A stretch of 64,000 nucleotides of DNA from Methanobacteriota archaeon (GCA_963720465.1 OY970393.1:1728001-1792000); one strand, 5' to 3'; shown: positions 31,330 through 43,063, counted from the stretch's first letter. The notes: generated from the sequence alone by a model not told the origin. Program-made: numbers and translations.

Positions 31330-32684
31330 CGGTCAAGTTTCTATCATTAGCGATAAAGGCGCTCAAGCAAACAATTCGAGACCGTCGCTCGCTCTTTTTC
31401 CTCCTGTTATTCCCTATTGTGTTCATGATCATTTTTGCCTTCGCCTTCGGCAGTCCCAGCTCGCTTGGTACAGGGACGGCGCCTCACGAGATTGCGGTCA
31501 TTAATCTCGACCGAGGGGCAACGGTGTCCATCAACAATACCACCCAGCACATCAACGACGGCGCGAGTCTCACGCAGCTCCTTGAAAACGTCACCTACGC
31601 GCAAACCGACACCCACATGTTCACCCTCAATAACGTGAGCGCAGATCAAGCTCAGACGATGCTTAAAAGTCGCGGCCTCGATGCGGTGATCACGATTCCG
31701 GAAAATTTCTCACAGGCGGTCGTTGCATTGGCCAATGCCTCTGCGCGGGCTGAAACGACCTCCGATATCGGGCTGCGGGTAATAAACGGAAGCACGGCTC
31801 AGCTGCCCGTGAATATAACGCTTCCGAAACAGAGCAACGTCACCGCACAGGTCATCGTCGAAGGGGACACGGGCAGTGCCGCATTTGGCGCCGCGCAAGT
31901 CCTGATCTTCAACGTCCTCCAACAGTACCAAAGCCAAATACAGGCCACGGCGATTCGACAGGTTGACGCCACGCTGGCACAAAACCAGAGCCAGAGCAAC
32001 GCGAGCATCAACTACATTTCGGCGGCCGTACAACCACTCACCGGCACGCGATCATTGACGCTCTTCGACTATCAGGCACCGGGATTGATTGTGTTCGCCT
32101 TGCTTATGCAGGTCAGCAGCGTCGCGCAAGACCTCACGAGAGAATCTGACCGCGGAACGCTCGGCAGACTCAAACTCTCCAATATGCGGTCATTTGACCT
32201 CCTCTTTGGCACGTTGCTCACGTGGATTCTCATCGCCGTAGCGCAAATACTGCTGCTTTTAGGGGTCGCCATTGCGCTCGGGTTTAGTTGGGCCGGCGGC
32301 GCGAATTCCATCGGGCTCGCCCTGCTCGTTGGCATCATAGGCGGGATAGCCTCGATTTCGCTCGGCTTACTGCTTGCGGCGTTTACCACCAACGAGCGGC
32401 AGGCGGCACAATTAGGGGTGCTCATTGCCGTGCCGGTGTCCTTCCTTACCGGGGCGTTCTTTCCGCTCCCCAATGAAATACTTGGAACAGCATTTGGGAC
32501 GACGTTCCAGGTCTACGACTTGCTCCCCTGGACACAGGTCGCGGATGCGCTGCGTCAGGTCCTCATCTATGGGAGTGGCTTTGGCGCCGTGGCGGTCTAC
32601 GTGGGATTTGCGATCGTTCTCACCGCGATCCTCTTTGTCGTCGGTGTGATCTCGTATTCACGGGTGCGATTGCGGCCGGAATAG
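31326..32684 (+). CDS. ABC-2 permease with large extracellular domain
   Basis: GTGA overlap; RESDRGTLGRL, FLTGAFFP. Confidence 0.92.
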   Translation: MTVKFLSLAIKALKQTIRDRRSLFFLLLFPIVFMIIFAFAFGSPSSLGTGTAPHEIAVINLDRGATVSINNTTQHINDGASLTQLLENVTYAQTDTHMFTLNNVSADQAQTMLKSRGLDAVITIPENFSQAVVALANASARAETTSDIGLRVINGSTAQLPVNITLPKQSNVTAQVIVEGDTGSAAFGAAQVLIFNVLQQYQSQIQATAIRQVDATLAQNQSQSNASINYISAAVQPLTGTRSLTLFDYQAPGLIVFALLMQVSSVAQDLTRESDRGTLGRLKLSNMRSFDLLFGTLLTWILIAVAQILLLLGVAIALGFSWAGGANSIGLALLVGIIGGIASISLGLLLAAFTTNERQAAQLGVLIAVPVSFLTGAFFPLPNEILGTAFGTTFQVYDLLPWTQVADALRQVLIYGSGFGAVAVYVGFAIVLTAILFVVGVISYSRVRLRPE

Positions 32685-32918
32685 CGCCATCGCAGCTCGC
32701 AGAATATCCCAGCGATTGAGGCGATCACTTACGATATCGTACTTATTATCCTCTCGACGCGTTCTGTTCATCATCGGTGTGATGGCCTTCTCTCGCACCC
32801 GCTTCTAAGGGCACAAAAATAGCTAAAAGGGCTATTTCGGTTCTTTCGTTCCATCCCAAGCAGCGCACATGGCAAAGTATTTCGTGTGAAAGCAGGCCAG
32901 AATTGATAAGGGATATTG

Positions 32919-33401
32919 ATGGCAAAAATAGAAGCAAAAATGGCTGACGAAATGCGAGCGGCGTGCATATTCCACAGAGGCGCGGTTGCTGCGATATGGG
33001 ACGATATGGGGCGGCTACTCGGTGAAGTCATCGAATGGGTGATGAAGGGAGGCTTGCAGATGGCAGGAGCTCCATTCGCGGTCTACTACAGCAGCCAGGA
33101 AGACATGGCGCGAGGCGAAATGCAATTTGACGTGGGAATCCCTTTCATCGGAGAGGCCCAAGGCGAGGGGAAAATACAGATCAAAACATTCCCTGCGCAC
33201 GAAGTGCTCTCAGCGATTCACAAAGGACCGTATAACCAAATAGCGCCCGTTTATGCAGCGTTGATGGAATATGCTGCGCAAAACGACTTTGAAGTAACTG
33301 GGGCGCCGATGGAGTTGTATTTGACCAACCCAATGGAAGTTGCGGAAAGCGACTTACTTACTGAGGTACGGTTTCCCGTTGCAAAGCGGAAGAGGCGCTA
33401 G
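32919..33401 (+). CDS. GyrI-like small-molecule-binding protein
   Basis: HKGPYNQI..Y, ELYLTNP..LLTEVRFPV. Confidence 0.9.
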   Translation: MAKIEAKMADEMRAACIFHRGAVAAIWDDMGRLLGEVIEWVMKGGLQMAGAPFAVYYSSQEDMARGEMQFDVGIPFIGEAQGEGKIQIKTFPAHEVLSAIHKGPYNQIAPVYAALMEYAAQNDFEVTGAPMELYLTNPMEVAESDLLTEVRFPVAKRKRR

Positions 33402-33671
33402 CGGGCCCCGGTCTCTAAAATGCAACTGCTGATTCGGCGCTTTTTGCCGAATCCAAACAGCAGGGCTGAACTCGCCGGCTTGCAGCCAGCACAACAATGC
33501 TCCAGGACCTCGAGCTGTCCCTCTTTTTTGACTATTTTTATTGATCAGGGCGACCCGTAACTCACGCGCGGAGGCGCCAGAAACAGATTTTGTTACCTGA
33601 CCAAGGTGCGAAGGAAGAAAAAAAGCATGTGAGATTGGTGAACGCATAATCGAAATCGCGCTAACGCTGCA

Positions 33672-34703
33672 TCACATCAGGACAAAGTCAAAATCGGCGA
33701 TCTTCTCGTGCACGTCAGCGAGTGTTTCACAGAGGTTGTCTCTTTGCCTTCGTAACTTGTTGCGTGTCAACGGGTTGAGGCGGCTTGTCGATTTCAACTT
33801 TCGTTCCACTTCCTCAAGCGCATCGAGCAAGCCGTCATACTCGGCGTACAGGGCCGTCAGCTGCGTTGCCGGGGTTATCGCTTCTAGCGGCACGTTTGTG
33901 TCGGTCGACATTTGCCACGTGCTTGGGTAAGTGATGTTGCCATTTTTGTCCGTCTTGATGAGGTAGGCGTCGTAGTTACTGTGGCTCGTCCACGAGTTAC
34001 TATGCCCGCAGATAACGTACCCGCCGTCAGCGGTCTGCCTGACACAGCAGCCGCAGTCATCCCTGGCCCCTCCGTAAATCCGCTCCCACTGCACGCTGCC
34101 CGCCGCGTTCACCTTAAGGAGGTAGACGTCGCTGCCGTGGCGCGCGGAAAGCGAGGAGGTAGAGCCCACGGCGATGTATCCGCCATCGGACGTCTGGTGC
34201 ACTGAGTAGCCGTACTCGTCACTAGGACCGCCATACAGCGCGCCCCATGTCTTCTGCGAGGCGTTGGGTTGACCTGTGGCGTTGACCTTTTTGAGGTAGA
34301 GCTGGCTGCCGTAGTCTTGGGAATTGCTCGATCCCACGAGGATGTACCCGCCGTCGTTGGTCTGCTGCACTTCGCGAGCCCACCCATAGCTGCTTCCCCC
34401 GTGCGACTCATCCCACTGCACGGCGGGCGCTGCGCCGACCAGCATGGGTGACCGTCCTGCCCCCTGCGACGCTACGTTGCTGCTCTCCTTCCCGGCCGCC
34501 GTCGGCATCATCTCGTGGTGCACCGGCTGCACGTTCGCATCCTCCTCCGTTGGGTGGGTCTGCTGCAGCGCGTTGCGCTGCTCATCGGTGACCGTAAAGG
34601 TCACCTCGTCCGCTTTCTTCTTTGGCGCTGCGCTCACCACTGCCGTCGATCCGATCACGAGAATGGCGAGGATGAATGCAATTAGCGTTGTTTTTCGTCG
34701 CGT
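33672..34703 (-). pseudogene. truncated secreted beta-repeat protein fused in frame to an unrelated coiled-coil ORF
   Basis: Signal peptide (T)RRKTTLIAFILAIL..SA; three QTxDGGYI repeats; abrupt switch at MSTDTN (ATG 33911). Confidence 0.6.
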
Positions 34704-35344
34704 GCGAATCCCTTCTGAAAAAGGGTACAAAGTAGTCAACACGTAGATACTTAAGCGCGTGTGACGCGCAAATGTCACAGTGGGAGTCCTCGTTCGTTGC
34801 CACCTGAACAAGCCAGAGGTCTGCAGACCCACGCCGAACGAGTAGGTGTTTCCGACGGCTATGCGCTCGTCGGACGTTAAGGAGTTGGTTGAACCAATCA
34901 TCGCTGGTCCCGCCATAGGTTTGCTCATCAAGTTCGTTCGCAAATCGCAGTACATCATATAACGGGTTGTTACTAACCTATGCGTTTTACAAAGCGGTTT
35001 TTTAACTGCCCTATAGAGTCATTTTAAATATGCAGTAGCAAGTACGACTCGTGATCACGTGCCACGAGTCATAGGATATAGAGAAGAGGCAAAGATCGAA
35101 TCCTCAAAGCCGCGCAAGCGGCGTATTCTAAGAGGGGTAGCGTCAAACGACGATGGAGGACATCGCCCAGAGGCTTGGCGTCAGCAAGGGCGCGTTATAC
35201 CTCTAATTCAACAGCAAAGAAGAGTTATTTGTGAAAATAACTGAATGTAAGCTCAGTAGCTAGGTAGTAAAAACGAGAAGCCGATACGAATGAGGGTCGA
35301 GAAGGCAAAGCAAATGAACGGCCAGAGAAGCTTAGACAGAACAA

Positions 35345-36511
35345 ATGAATCGAGAAACGCTCCAATCCCGGCAACGTAAACCGCTTAGGCCCGCGGCTGC
35401 GGCAACATTGGACGATGCGGGGGCGCTGGCGGACGGCTACAGCCACATTCCCGCTCTTAACGACGCCATTGTGGGCTATTTCAAAGATGCCGTGCGCATC
35501 ACCCTAAGGGAACCCGCGAAATCGCTCTTCTTTTTCCGCACTATTTTGTGGCAGAGGAAAGCGGCCCGCGTGCGGCTGAAATGGCAGAAAAGTGGCCTGC
35601 ACGTGCCGGCCCTCCTTATTGTGAGCGTAACGAGCAAGTGCAACCTTCGATGCAAAGGATGCTACGCCTTTGCGCGTGACAAGGGCAAATCAAAAGCGCC
35701 GGAGTTGAGTGACGTTCGGCTTCGTACGCTGGTCGCTGAGGCAAATGAGCTTGGAATCTCGACAATTTTATTCGCAGGAGGAGAACCACTGATCCGCAAG
35801 GATCTCCTGACCATTACCAAAGATTTCCCTTCTGTCATATTCCCGATAGTCACGAACGGAACGCTCATCGATGAGGGTACGCTTGACCACTTTCGAACCC
35901 AGAGAAATGTTATCCCGGTTGTTAGTATAGAAGGCGACGAACGTGACACTGATGAGCGTCGAGGCGTCGGGATGCACAAGCGCCTGCAGAACGCAATGGA
36001 AGAGATGTATGCCAAAGGAATCTTTTTTGGCTGCTCTCTGACGATAACACGGTCTAACTTTGCGACGATCACCGATCCCCTCTTCATAGAAAGCCTCATC
36101 CATGCAGGGACTAAGCTCATCCTCCTCCTAGAGTATGTTTCGGTGGAGCCAGGCACTGAAGACTGGATCTTGACCGATGAGCAGCGGAGCACGCTGGCGC
36201 ACAAAACAGAGCGATTTCGCACTCAATTTCCTGCAATCTTCATTGAAATTCCCGGAGACGAGGAACAGTATGGCGGGTGTCTGGCTGCGGGGCGCGGATT
36301 CGTTCACGTGAGCCCTGACGGAGATCTTGAGCCGTGCCCGGTTTCCCCCTACTCCGATGCAAATGTGCAGCAGCTCTCCCTCAAAGAGGCGCTTCAATCG
36401 AGACTTTTGCAGGCAATTCGCCAGCGTCACGAGACACTTAGCGAGATGCAGGGCGGCTGCGCGTTGTGGACTGAGCGTGAGTGGGTGCGATCTTTGCTAC
36501 AACCGCCATAA
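35345..36511 (+). CDS. radical SAM protein with SPASM/twitch domain
   Basis: CNLRCKGC, GGEP, TNGT, GGCLAAGRG..EPCP. Confidence 0.93.
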   Translation: MNRETLQSRQRKPLRPAAAATLDDAGALADGYSHIPALNDAIVGYFKDAVRITLREPAKSLFFFRTILWQRKAARVRLKWQKSGLHVPALLIVSVTSKCNLRCKGCYAFARDKGKSKAPELSDVRLRTLVAEANELGISTILFAGGEPLIRKDLLTITKDFPSVIFPIVTNGTLIDEGTLDHFRTQRNVIPVVSIEGDERDTDERRGVGMHKRLQNAMEEMYAKGIFFGCSLTITRSNFATITDPLFIESLIHAGTKLILLLEYVSVEPGTEDWILTDEQRSTLAHKTERFRTQFPAIFIEIPGDEEQYGGCLAAGRGFVHVSPDGDLEPCPVSPYSDANVQQLSLKEALQSRLLQAIRQRHETLSEMQGGCALWTEREWVRSLLQPP

Positions 36512-36599
36512 CGTTCCGTCCTTCCACTGCGATTACGTGATTTGATACGCCACGCTGTAGAACAACGCTTAAGAGAGGCCAGGCGCGAGATTCCCGGAG

Positions 36600-37108
36600 C
36601 TATCGATCTTCCGACATTGTGGCCACCGTGGCATCGCTCTGCATCTGCAGCGCGCCTGCAAATTGCCGCAGCTTCTCTGTGTACTCCTCATTTTTGACCA
36701 CCGCGGCTCGAAGCGCAAGCACGCTGACGGGAGGCCTCCCGCATAGAGCTTGCATATCGCTAAACAACTTCTTATTCTCGTTGCCCCCCTGCGTGCAAAA
36801 GAATGCGATGCCGTTGAATTTCGACTTGTAGATCGTGATATAGGTCCGCATCGGAGTAGACATCAGGCCGTTCCAGACGGGTGTACCAAGCGTGACCACA
36901 TCGTACAACGCTGATCGTAAATAAGCGGTTCCAGTACCGTCAGCTTGTTTCTAGCTGCGTCTCGCCCAGACCTCAGAAAGCCTAGGGGGCCTGTGCGTTT
37001 CTTGGTGTCGATAAGCTCTTCACTATCGCATTGCAGCAGGTCTGCTAAGGCTCCCCCCACTCTCTTGGTGGTCCCAGTTCTCGAATAAAACACCACTTGT
37101 GGCTTCAC
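36600..37108 (-). pseudogene. flavodoxin, frameshifted
   Basis: YSRTGTTK, GTPVWNG, FFCTQGG; 1-nt deletion near 36913. Confidence 0.88.
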
Positions 37109-37889
37109 AGTGTTTCTTCTGATCAGGTTACGCGAGTACCCGCTTTTAATTTTATGGTTGCTTGCTCGCGAAAGCTGCCATGTGCCGGCTAGGTCCGAAA
37201 AGCGTCGAAAAATGGGGACGCTATTGGGGGGCTCAAGAAGCGTTGAAAATTGAATTAATCGTGCTCAACAGCTTCATACAGCGGATCGAGCATCGCTATC
37301 ACTATACAGTATGAAAGAGTAGGGTTTATGGGTTGCTTTAGTCATACTGTAGTAAGAGCACCCTATTCTTAGGCATCTTTTGGAGTTACAGAGCCTTCCA
37401 CTCAACGGTTCCCATTGTTTCCTGTGCAACGGTCACTTACCTTTGGGCAAGACCAACGCGTTGAAGCGCCTGAATAGCAAAAATGGCAAACCCATAACGG
37501 GGCTTATTTGCGTGATAGTCAGCATGCAGCGTCTTGATCAAATGGGATCCATAAAGGCGTGCGTTGGCATCGCTCGCTGGACAGTTGAGAGACGGCAGTC
37601 GAAATGAAGCTAGAAACTATTTAAAACGACGTCAGAGCGCCCGTCTGAATGTGCTTCCAATGGAGCACTAGCGAGCCTCGCGGCCACGCGTGAAAACGCA
37701 CTGGACGTCGCCCGTTTAGAAAAATAAGAATCTCTGTCCCACAGAAGACCTTCATTTCAAGTCCAAATTTTTAAAAGAAAGTCAAAATGGGACCGAAATC
37801 GTTAAATATAACGCCTGTAGTGTTTAATGTGTCGATGCTGGAGAGCGAGGGCCCGCTGCGTGGCCCTACCTCGAACCGTCTTTTACTCT

Positions 37890-38257
37890 ATGTGGCGGAC
37901 CCCGCTCCGTGTTGACCGGTGAAGGTTATGCTTCTCAGTTTTTTGCACGGTTCCCATGCCTATGTGGATAGTTATTGGCTTCGTCGTCACTATCGGCTAA
38001 GCGGCGTCGATCATCAGGATATCGTTCTTAACCTCCATTCGAATGCTCGAAATTATGTTACTTGCTGCCTCGACTTGCACTGACTGGGCGTCGCTTTGGG
38101 CTACCTGCAGTGTTCCATGAAGTGTAAAGTCGATACTGGTCGGGGGGGCGACGCTCTTCTTTTCAGTAGTCATAGTCCCTGATTTGTTGCTTGCGCTTGT
38201 TTTGATATGAAGGTAAGCACTAGTGACTGTGCCTACGTTGCTAGCGCTATCGCACAA
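37890..38257 (-). pseudogene. GIN/DUF2807-like domain fragment
   Basis: SVQVEAASNII..EVKNDILMI; in-frame TAG at 37997 then PIVTTKPITIHI and a frameshift in an A-run. Confidence 0.6.
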
Positions 38258-38368
38258 ACTACCTTTATTCTTTCGCGATTGTAGTCCGATTACACCACTA
38301 CCAACTAGCCTATAGGGATTTCGAAAAGGTCAGTTCAGCATAAGGTATATATGTGGTAATATCTTATA

Positions 38369-38386
38369 ATATATCTAAAGATATAT
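38369..38386. promoter_or_regulatory. palindrome upstream of second padR
   Basis: ATATATCT-AA-AGATATAT with perfect 8-bp arms. Confidence 0.55.
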
Positions 38387-38423
38387 CATTTGGAACGACA
38401 TATACCAGAGAGCGTGCAAAAAA

Positions 38424-38940
38424 ATGTGGCGGTACTGGACGAAAAGCCAAAAGCAATGGACCAAAGGACAATTCCCAAACATGCCACTCTCCGCCCCTTC
38501 TAAAATGGAGCGTGGCACACTTAAATATGCCCTTTTAATGGCACTCAGAGACCAGCCGCTTCACGGCTACGCCATCATCAAGGCAATAGAAGGAACTTCT
38601 GGGTATCCACCGAGCTCCGGGATCGTTTATCCGACACTCCAGATGCTTGAAGATTAAGGATCCCTCCTAAAGACGCAGCTACAAATCAAAAAGGTGTACA
38701 CACTCACTGAAGACGGGCGTCGCTGCCTTGATGAACACCGTGAAGTGGTCGACCGCATCGAAACGCGAGCGCACACGCCCAGATGGAATTCAATTCCCCG
38801 GTATTGGTTCAAAACTAACAGAGATTGCCCGAGCCATCCTTGCTAATTACCATTACCTTGACGATGACAAGGTGAGCAAGATTGAGGACATTTTGAAAGA
38901 TGCCCGGAAGCACATAGGCCAGATCATTTTTGAGCGCTAG
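38424..38940 (+). pseudogene. PadR family regulator, interrupted
   Basis: HGYAIIK..PSSGIVYPTLQMLED* (TAA 38655), continues KKVYTLTEDG, then +1 frameshift in a C-run near 38796. Confidence 0.85.
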
Positions 38941-38999
38941 CCCGGCAGGGCGGAATTGTGCACCTGATGGTGCATCGTCTAGAAAAAAAGGTGATTGAC

Positions 39000-39239
39000 G
39001 TGAACGACTTGTGGATCGATCTCATTGCAGCGCCGTTGCCCCAATGCATCAAATGCAAACATTTGGATCGTGGAACGCTCCAGTGTCCCGCTTTCGGGGA
39101 CACGCCAATACCAGACGACATTCAGCTTAGGCTCAGCGATCACCGCTACCCGTACCCGGGGGACCACGGCGTTCTGTTTGAAGAGAAGCATTCTTCAAGG
39201 CTTTCTGGTGAACATTCGCTGTCTCTGAGAGCTGAATAA
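39000..39239 (+). CDS. small Cys/His protein of phage-like type
   Basis: CIKCKH..CPAF..IP..I..DHRYPYPGDHGVLFE; AGGTGA SD before GTG. Confidence 0.65.
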   Translation: MNDLWIDLIAAPLPQCIKCKHLDRGTLQCPAFGDTPIPDDIQLRLSDHRYPYPGDHGVLFEEKHSSRLSGEHSLSLRAE

Positions 39240-39317
39240 AGCGATCGTCGTCATTTAGTGGCGTCGTTCAGAGGCAACGAGCTTGAGACTCTGCCGAATG
39301 TGGTATGAGCAGTCTTG

Positions 39318-39683
39318 TCACTTAGAAACGGTAAACGCGGCTTCGCTGGGCCCGGTCCGAACTTGACGATTTACGAGCTCAACGAGCTCCGGTTTCGAGC
39401 GCTCCATTTGCCGGAGGTGGTACGCTTGCTTCATGACTGCTGTGTCAAGGGCCGCTTCGATGGGCACCGCGCAGTATTTGGTTGGCCTTGTAGCCGATTC
39501 TTCAATCATTGCCTTCTCAAGAAGTCCGTTCAGTGTCTTGTAAACATCCGCGCGAGCTATTCCTGTCACATCAACAAGCTCACCGGCAGTTTCCTCGCCG
39601 TTGTTGAGCAGCGTCAAATAAAGGCTAGCCTCCATTTCGTTGATGCCAAACGTCCGCAGCTGTTCTACCATCGTCTTCTCCAT
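39318..39683 (-). pseudogene. TrmB family regulator, N-terminal HTH only
   Basis: FGINEMEASLYLTLL..ARADVYKTLNGLLEK..RPTKYCAVP; C-terminal domain missing. Confidence 0.75.
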
Positions 39684-39980
39684 CAGCGGGTAGTATTGTC
39701 CGAATGGTTTTATACATATGGCCACGATGCCGCACGCGCGAAGACGAAAGCAGATACTTTGCGCGGATTTTGGTGCCTTTAGGGCAAATCGGCTCTATCT
39801 CAAGTATAAGCTCTCTAATGCTGCATAGCGACGAGTGAAAGGCCTGTAATCACGCTTTCACCCCCGAGCTATTGCACAGGCCAAAGAACAGGATCCCGGC
39901 TCTTAGTTTCGTTGCGCTGTGTTTCGACCGGCCGAAAAGGGAATGGAACAACGCGGACCTTTTCTGGCTGCGCGTGATTC

Positions 39981-40332
39981 TCACGGAGTCAAAAGGCCTT
40001 CAATAACTTCTCTGAGCACGGTCACATTGTTGTACCGCTGCTCCCGTGATGCGTAAACCAGCGTGATATCCCTGTCAGCGGCGTCAGCGATCAGTTTCTG
40101 CAGGAGGTGCGTTTTGGTTGAGCTCGGCTCGGTACCGTCTTTGGAACTCGGGCCATTTTTTCGGGTCGTGTTCAAACCATTTGCGACGTTCCGCGCCAGG
40201 CGCGAGGTCCCTCAACCACCCATCGAGTTTCGCATCAGATTTTCTCACGCCTCTGGGCCAGGGTCGATCAACGAGGATTCGATAACCGTCGCTGGGCTCA
40301 GCTCTCTCGTAAATCCTTTTGGATTTGATCAT
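39981..40332 (-). pseudogene. DUF488 (YeaO-like) protein, frameshifted
   Basis: KRIYE..DGYRILVDRPWPRG..WFEHDP..TLVYAS..NN; frameshift in an A-run near 40113. Confidence 0.88.
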
Positions 40333-40509
40333 AATCCCACTGGAATTCTTGCAGACCCCCTTTGCACACACGCGCGGCCAGCACTGGCGGCGACGGGTGC
40401 GCTTCTTAAGTAAGCTGCGCAGTGCACGAATGGGTTCTTCAGCTGCTAAACCTGCGCCCGCCGACACACGTGGTGTCTTGGAATCGGGCGCGGCTCTGCG
40501 GCGATCACT

Positions 40510-42786
40510 TTAAGAAGGCAGGTTCACGACAAATCGCGCACCTTTTCCTTCTTCGCTCTCCACGGTGATCGTTCCGTCGTGCAACTCCACAATCCGCTTG
40601 CAGACTGCAAGACCAAGGCCAGTGCCCTTCGCCTTATTAGTAAAAAGAGGGCGGAATAGCTTAGCCTTAATATCTTCGCGAATTCCAACGCCGGTATCTT
40701 CGACGGTCATTAGCACGGTTCCGTCTGAGGCAGCGGCGCTGATGGTGAGCTGTCCGCCCTCGGGCATCGCTTGAATTGCGTTGAGGATTAGGTTCGTGAA
40801 CACGCGCTGCATAAGCCTGCGATCGAGGTAGAGCGATAAATCGTCGGGAATATCGGTCTTCACTTGAACCTGACGAGGCACTTTCATTGATGAGAGCGTA
40901 GACGTAATAAGATCGACCGCTCTGATCTGCGTTTGCTCCGGATTGAGGGGTTGTGCATAGGCCTGCAAGTCCGCCACGATCTTGTCCATGTAGCGCACTT
41001 GTTCGTCTATGAGGTCGCACAGTCGATCGACGCTATCCCAGTCGGCACTTCCGCGTTCATCCGGTGAGGTGAGCGTGCCCTTCTTCTTCTGTAAATCGAT
41101 TGCAAAGCGAATAGCCTGCAACGGATTACGCAAATCGTGACCGACCATAGTGGCAGTCTCGCCGATCGCGGCAAGACGCTCTACGTTCTTAAGGGCTCTT
41201 TCCGCCTCTAGGCGGGCTGAGATATCAATACCGGCACCAAGCACCCCGACAAAGCTGCTTTGAGTGTCAAAGAGTGGCGTGCACATCCATTCAATCCACA
41301 AGCGGCGTCCGTCCTTTGTGACGTTCTCGCTGACCATTTGGGTATAACGGTCAGCGGCGCCGAGAAGGTTCTGCGTGAAGCTGGCAAACTCTCTTTCTGT
41401 GCTCTCAGTTGCCAGTAGCAGCGTACCAACCACATTGTGTCCGATGAGCTCTGCTTCAGCGTACCCAAAGAGCTGTTGTCCGTATTTGTTGAGGAAAGTG
41501 ACATTTCCCTGTAAATCCGTCTGTAATATGACACTATTGACGCCCTGGATAAGTTCTCGGTACTTGCGCTCGCTTTGTTCAAGTGCCGCCTCGATTCGGA
41601 TGCGCTCAGTAACGTCAGTTCCTGAACTTAGCATGCCAACTATAGTGCCCGCTGCGTCTTTGAGGAGTGCGTTGTGCCACTCCATATCGCGTTCTTCACC
41701 GCGGGCCGTTTGGACGGGGCTTTCGTAGCGTCTGAACGGTTCTATCTCTCCAGCAATGATCCGTTCAAATTCGTCAAGCGTTTTCTCTCGGGCGCGATCG
41801 GGCACAAATTCGTTAAACCAGTCTTTACCTGGCGCCTGTTCTTGCTGCACGCCGAGGAGCTCGCACCCTTTGCGATTAAGACGAGTAATTCGCCCAGCTG
41901 TATCGAGCACGACCATGAGGACTTCAGCGGTATCGAGGTACTGCTGAGCTTGATCGCGTTCGCGCCGAACAGTTTCTTCGATACGCTTACGCTCCGTAAC
42001 ATCCCTCGCTGTCGATATGAGCGCTTCAACGATCCCCTCTTCGTTGTAGATCGGGGTGAGCACGAATTCAAAATCCTTCTCGCCGCCTGGATCAACCCAG
42101 TGCAACTCGTCGGTCACTGGACGGCCTGTGGCGAATACAATGTCGCCGAGGGCAATCATGCGCTGCATCGGCTGAAGTGGCAATCCGAGCTCCGTCCAAG
42201 TCTTACCTACCATTTCGTGCGGCTTGAATCCGAGCGCTCGGGCTCCAGGCCGATTGACATATATGTAACGGCTGTCCTGATCAAAGACGTAAATTAGATC
42301 GGCTGACGCTGACAGAAAACCCTCGAGTGTGCGTGCCTGCTGTGCAACCTTTCCAGCGAGGAGCTCGTACTCTTCGCGCATGCGTTGTTCGTCAGTGACA
42401 TCACGAATCGCGATGACAATGCGCGTGACGCGCCCGACCTTCTCGAGAACCGGGTAAATCGAGAAGACCTTACGCTTGGAATCAATCACTGCTTCAGTTC
42501 GAATGGGTGTTTTCGAAGCAATCGCCTCTTGCCTCCAAGCAGTTATGTGCTTTGCTAACTCGCTTGAAATGACCGAACCCACCGGAGCTCCGACCGCTTC
42601 AGAAAAGGTCGTGCCGAGCCAGAGTGCCGCAGCTTGGTTAAGAGTAAGGATTACATCTCTCTCATCGATTACCAAAATGGAATCGAACAGTGCGCTTAGG
42701 AGCGCATATGCAGCGGGTTCTGACTCGCTCACTGGCGTCGCGGCTTCATCCGACTGCATCTGATTTTCATTTTCGAGTTCGCGCAT
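40510..42786 (-). CDS. multi-PAS sensor histidine kinase
   Basis: Four PAS/PAC units; GHDLRNPL H-box; NLILNA, DTGVGI, GTGLGL. Confidence 0.96.
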   Translation of the reverse strand: MRELENENQMQSDEAATPVSESEPAAYALLSALFDSILVIDERDVILTLNQAAALWLGTTFSEAVGAPVGSVISSELAKHITAWRQEAIASKTPIRTEAVIDSKRKVFSIYPVLEKVGRVTRIVIAIRDVTDEQRMREEYELLAGKVAQQARTLEGFLSASADLIYVFDQDSRYIYVNRPGARALGFKPHEMVGKTWTELGLPLQPMQRMIALGDIVFATGRPVTDELHWVDPGGEKDFEFVLTPIYNEEGIVEALISTARDVTERKRIEETVRRERDQAQQYLDTAEVLMVVLDTAGRITRLNRKGCELLGVQQEQAPGKDWFNEFVPDRAREKTLDEFERIIAGEIEPFRRYESPVQTARGEERDMEWHNALLKDAAGTIVGMLSSGTDVTERIRIEAALEQSERKYRELIQGVNSVILQTDLQGNVTFLNKYGQQLFGYAEAELIGHNVVGTLLLATESTEREFASFTQNLLGAADRYTQMVSENVTKDGRRLWIEWMCTPLFDTQSSFVGVLGAGIDISARLEAERALKNVERLAAIGETATMVGHDLRNPLQAIRFAIDLQKKKGTLTSPDERGSADWDSVDRLCDLIDEQVRYMDKIVADLQAYAQPLNPEQTQIRAVDLITSTLSSMKVPRQVQVKTDIPDDLSLYLDRRLMQRVFTNLILNAIQAMPEGGQLTISAAASDGTVLMTVEDTGVGIREDIKAKLFRPLFTNKAKGTGLGLAVCKRIVELHDGTITVESEEGKGARFVVNLPS

Positions 42787-43063
42787 ACTGGCACGCTTCC
42801 GCGAACAAAGGCGGCGATTATGCGTTAGCGTTAGGAGTTTATTAAGCTTATCTGATATGGAACGGCGCTCAGTCGCGGCACGGCGGCGTAGGTGCAGCTT
42901 CGAGCGCGTAAGCCCGCGTGCTCTGACCTATCAAGCTGCGCCGACGAGCATCGAATTCGTGCACTCTGCGAATAAGCCTTGTCAGGCGCGGGTGCCACTA
43001 ACGAGCTCGTTTCTGTCAATAAAAATTAATAACATTAAGCGTCTGGACTATTGGGGTTTAGGC

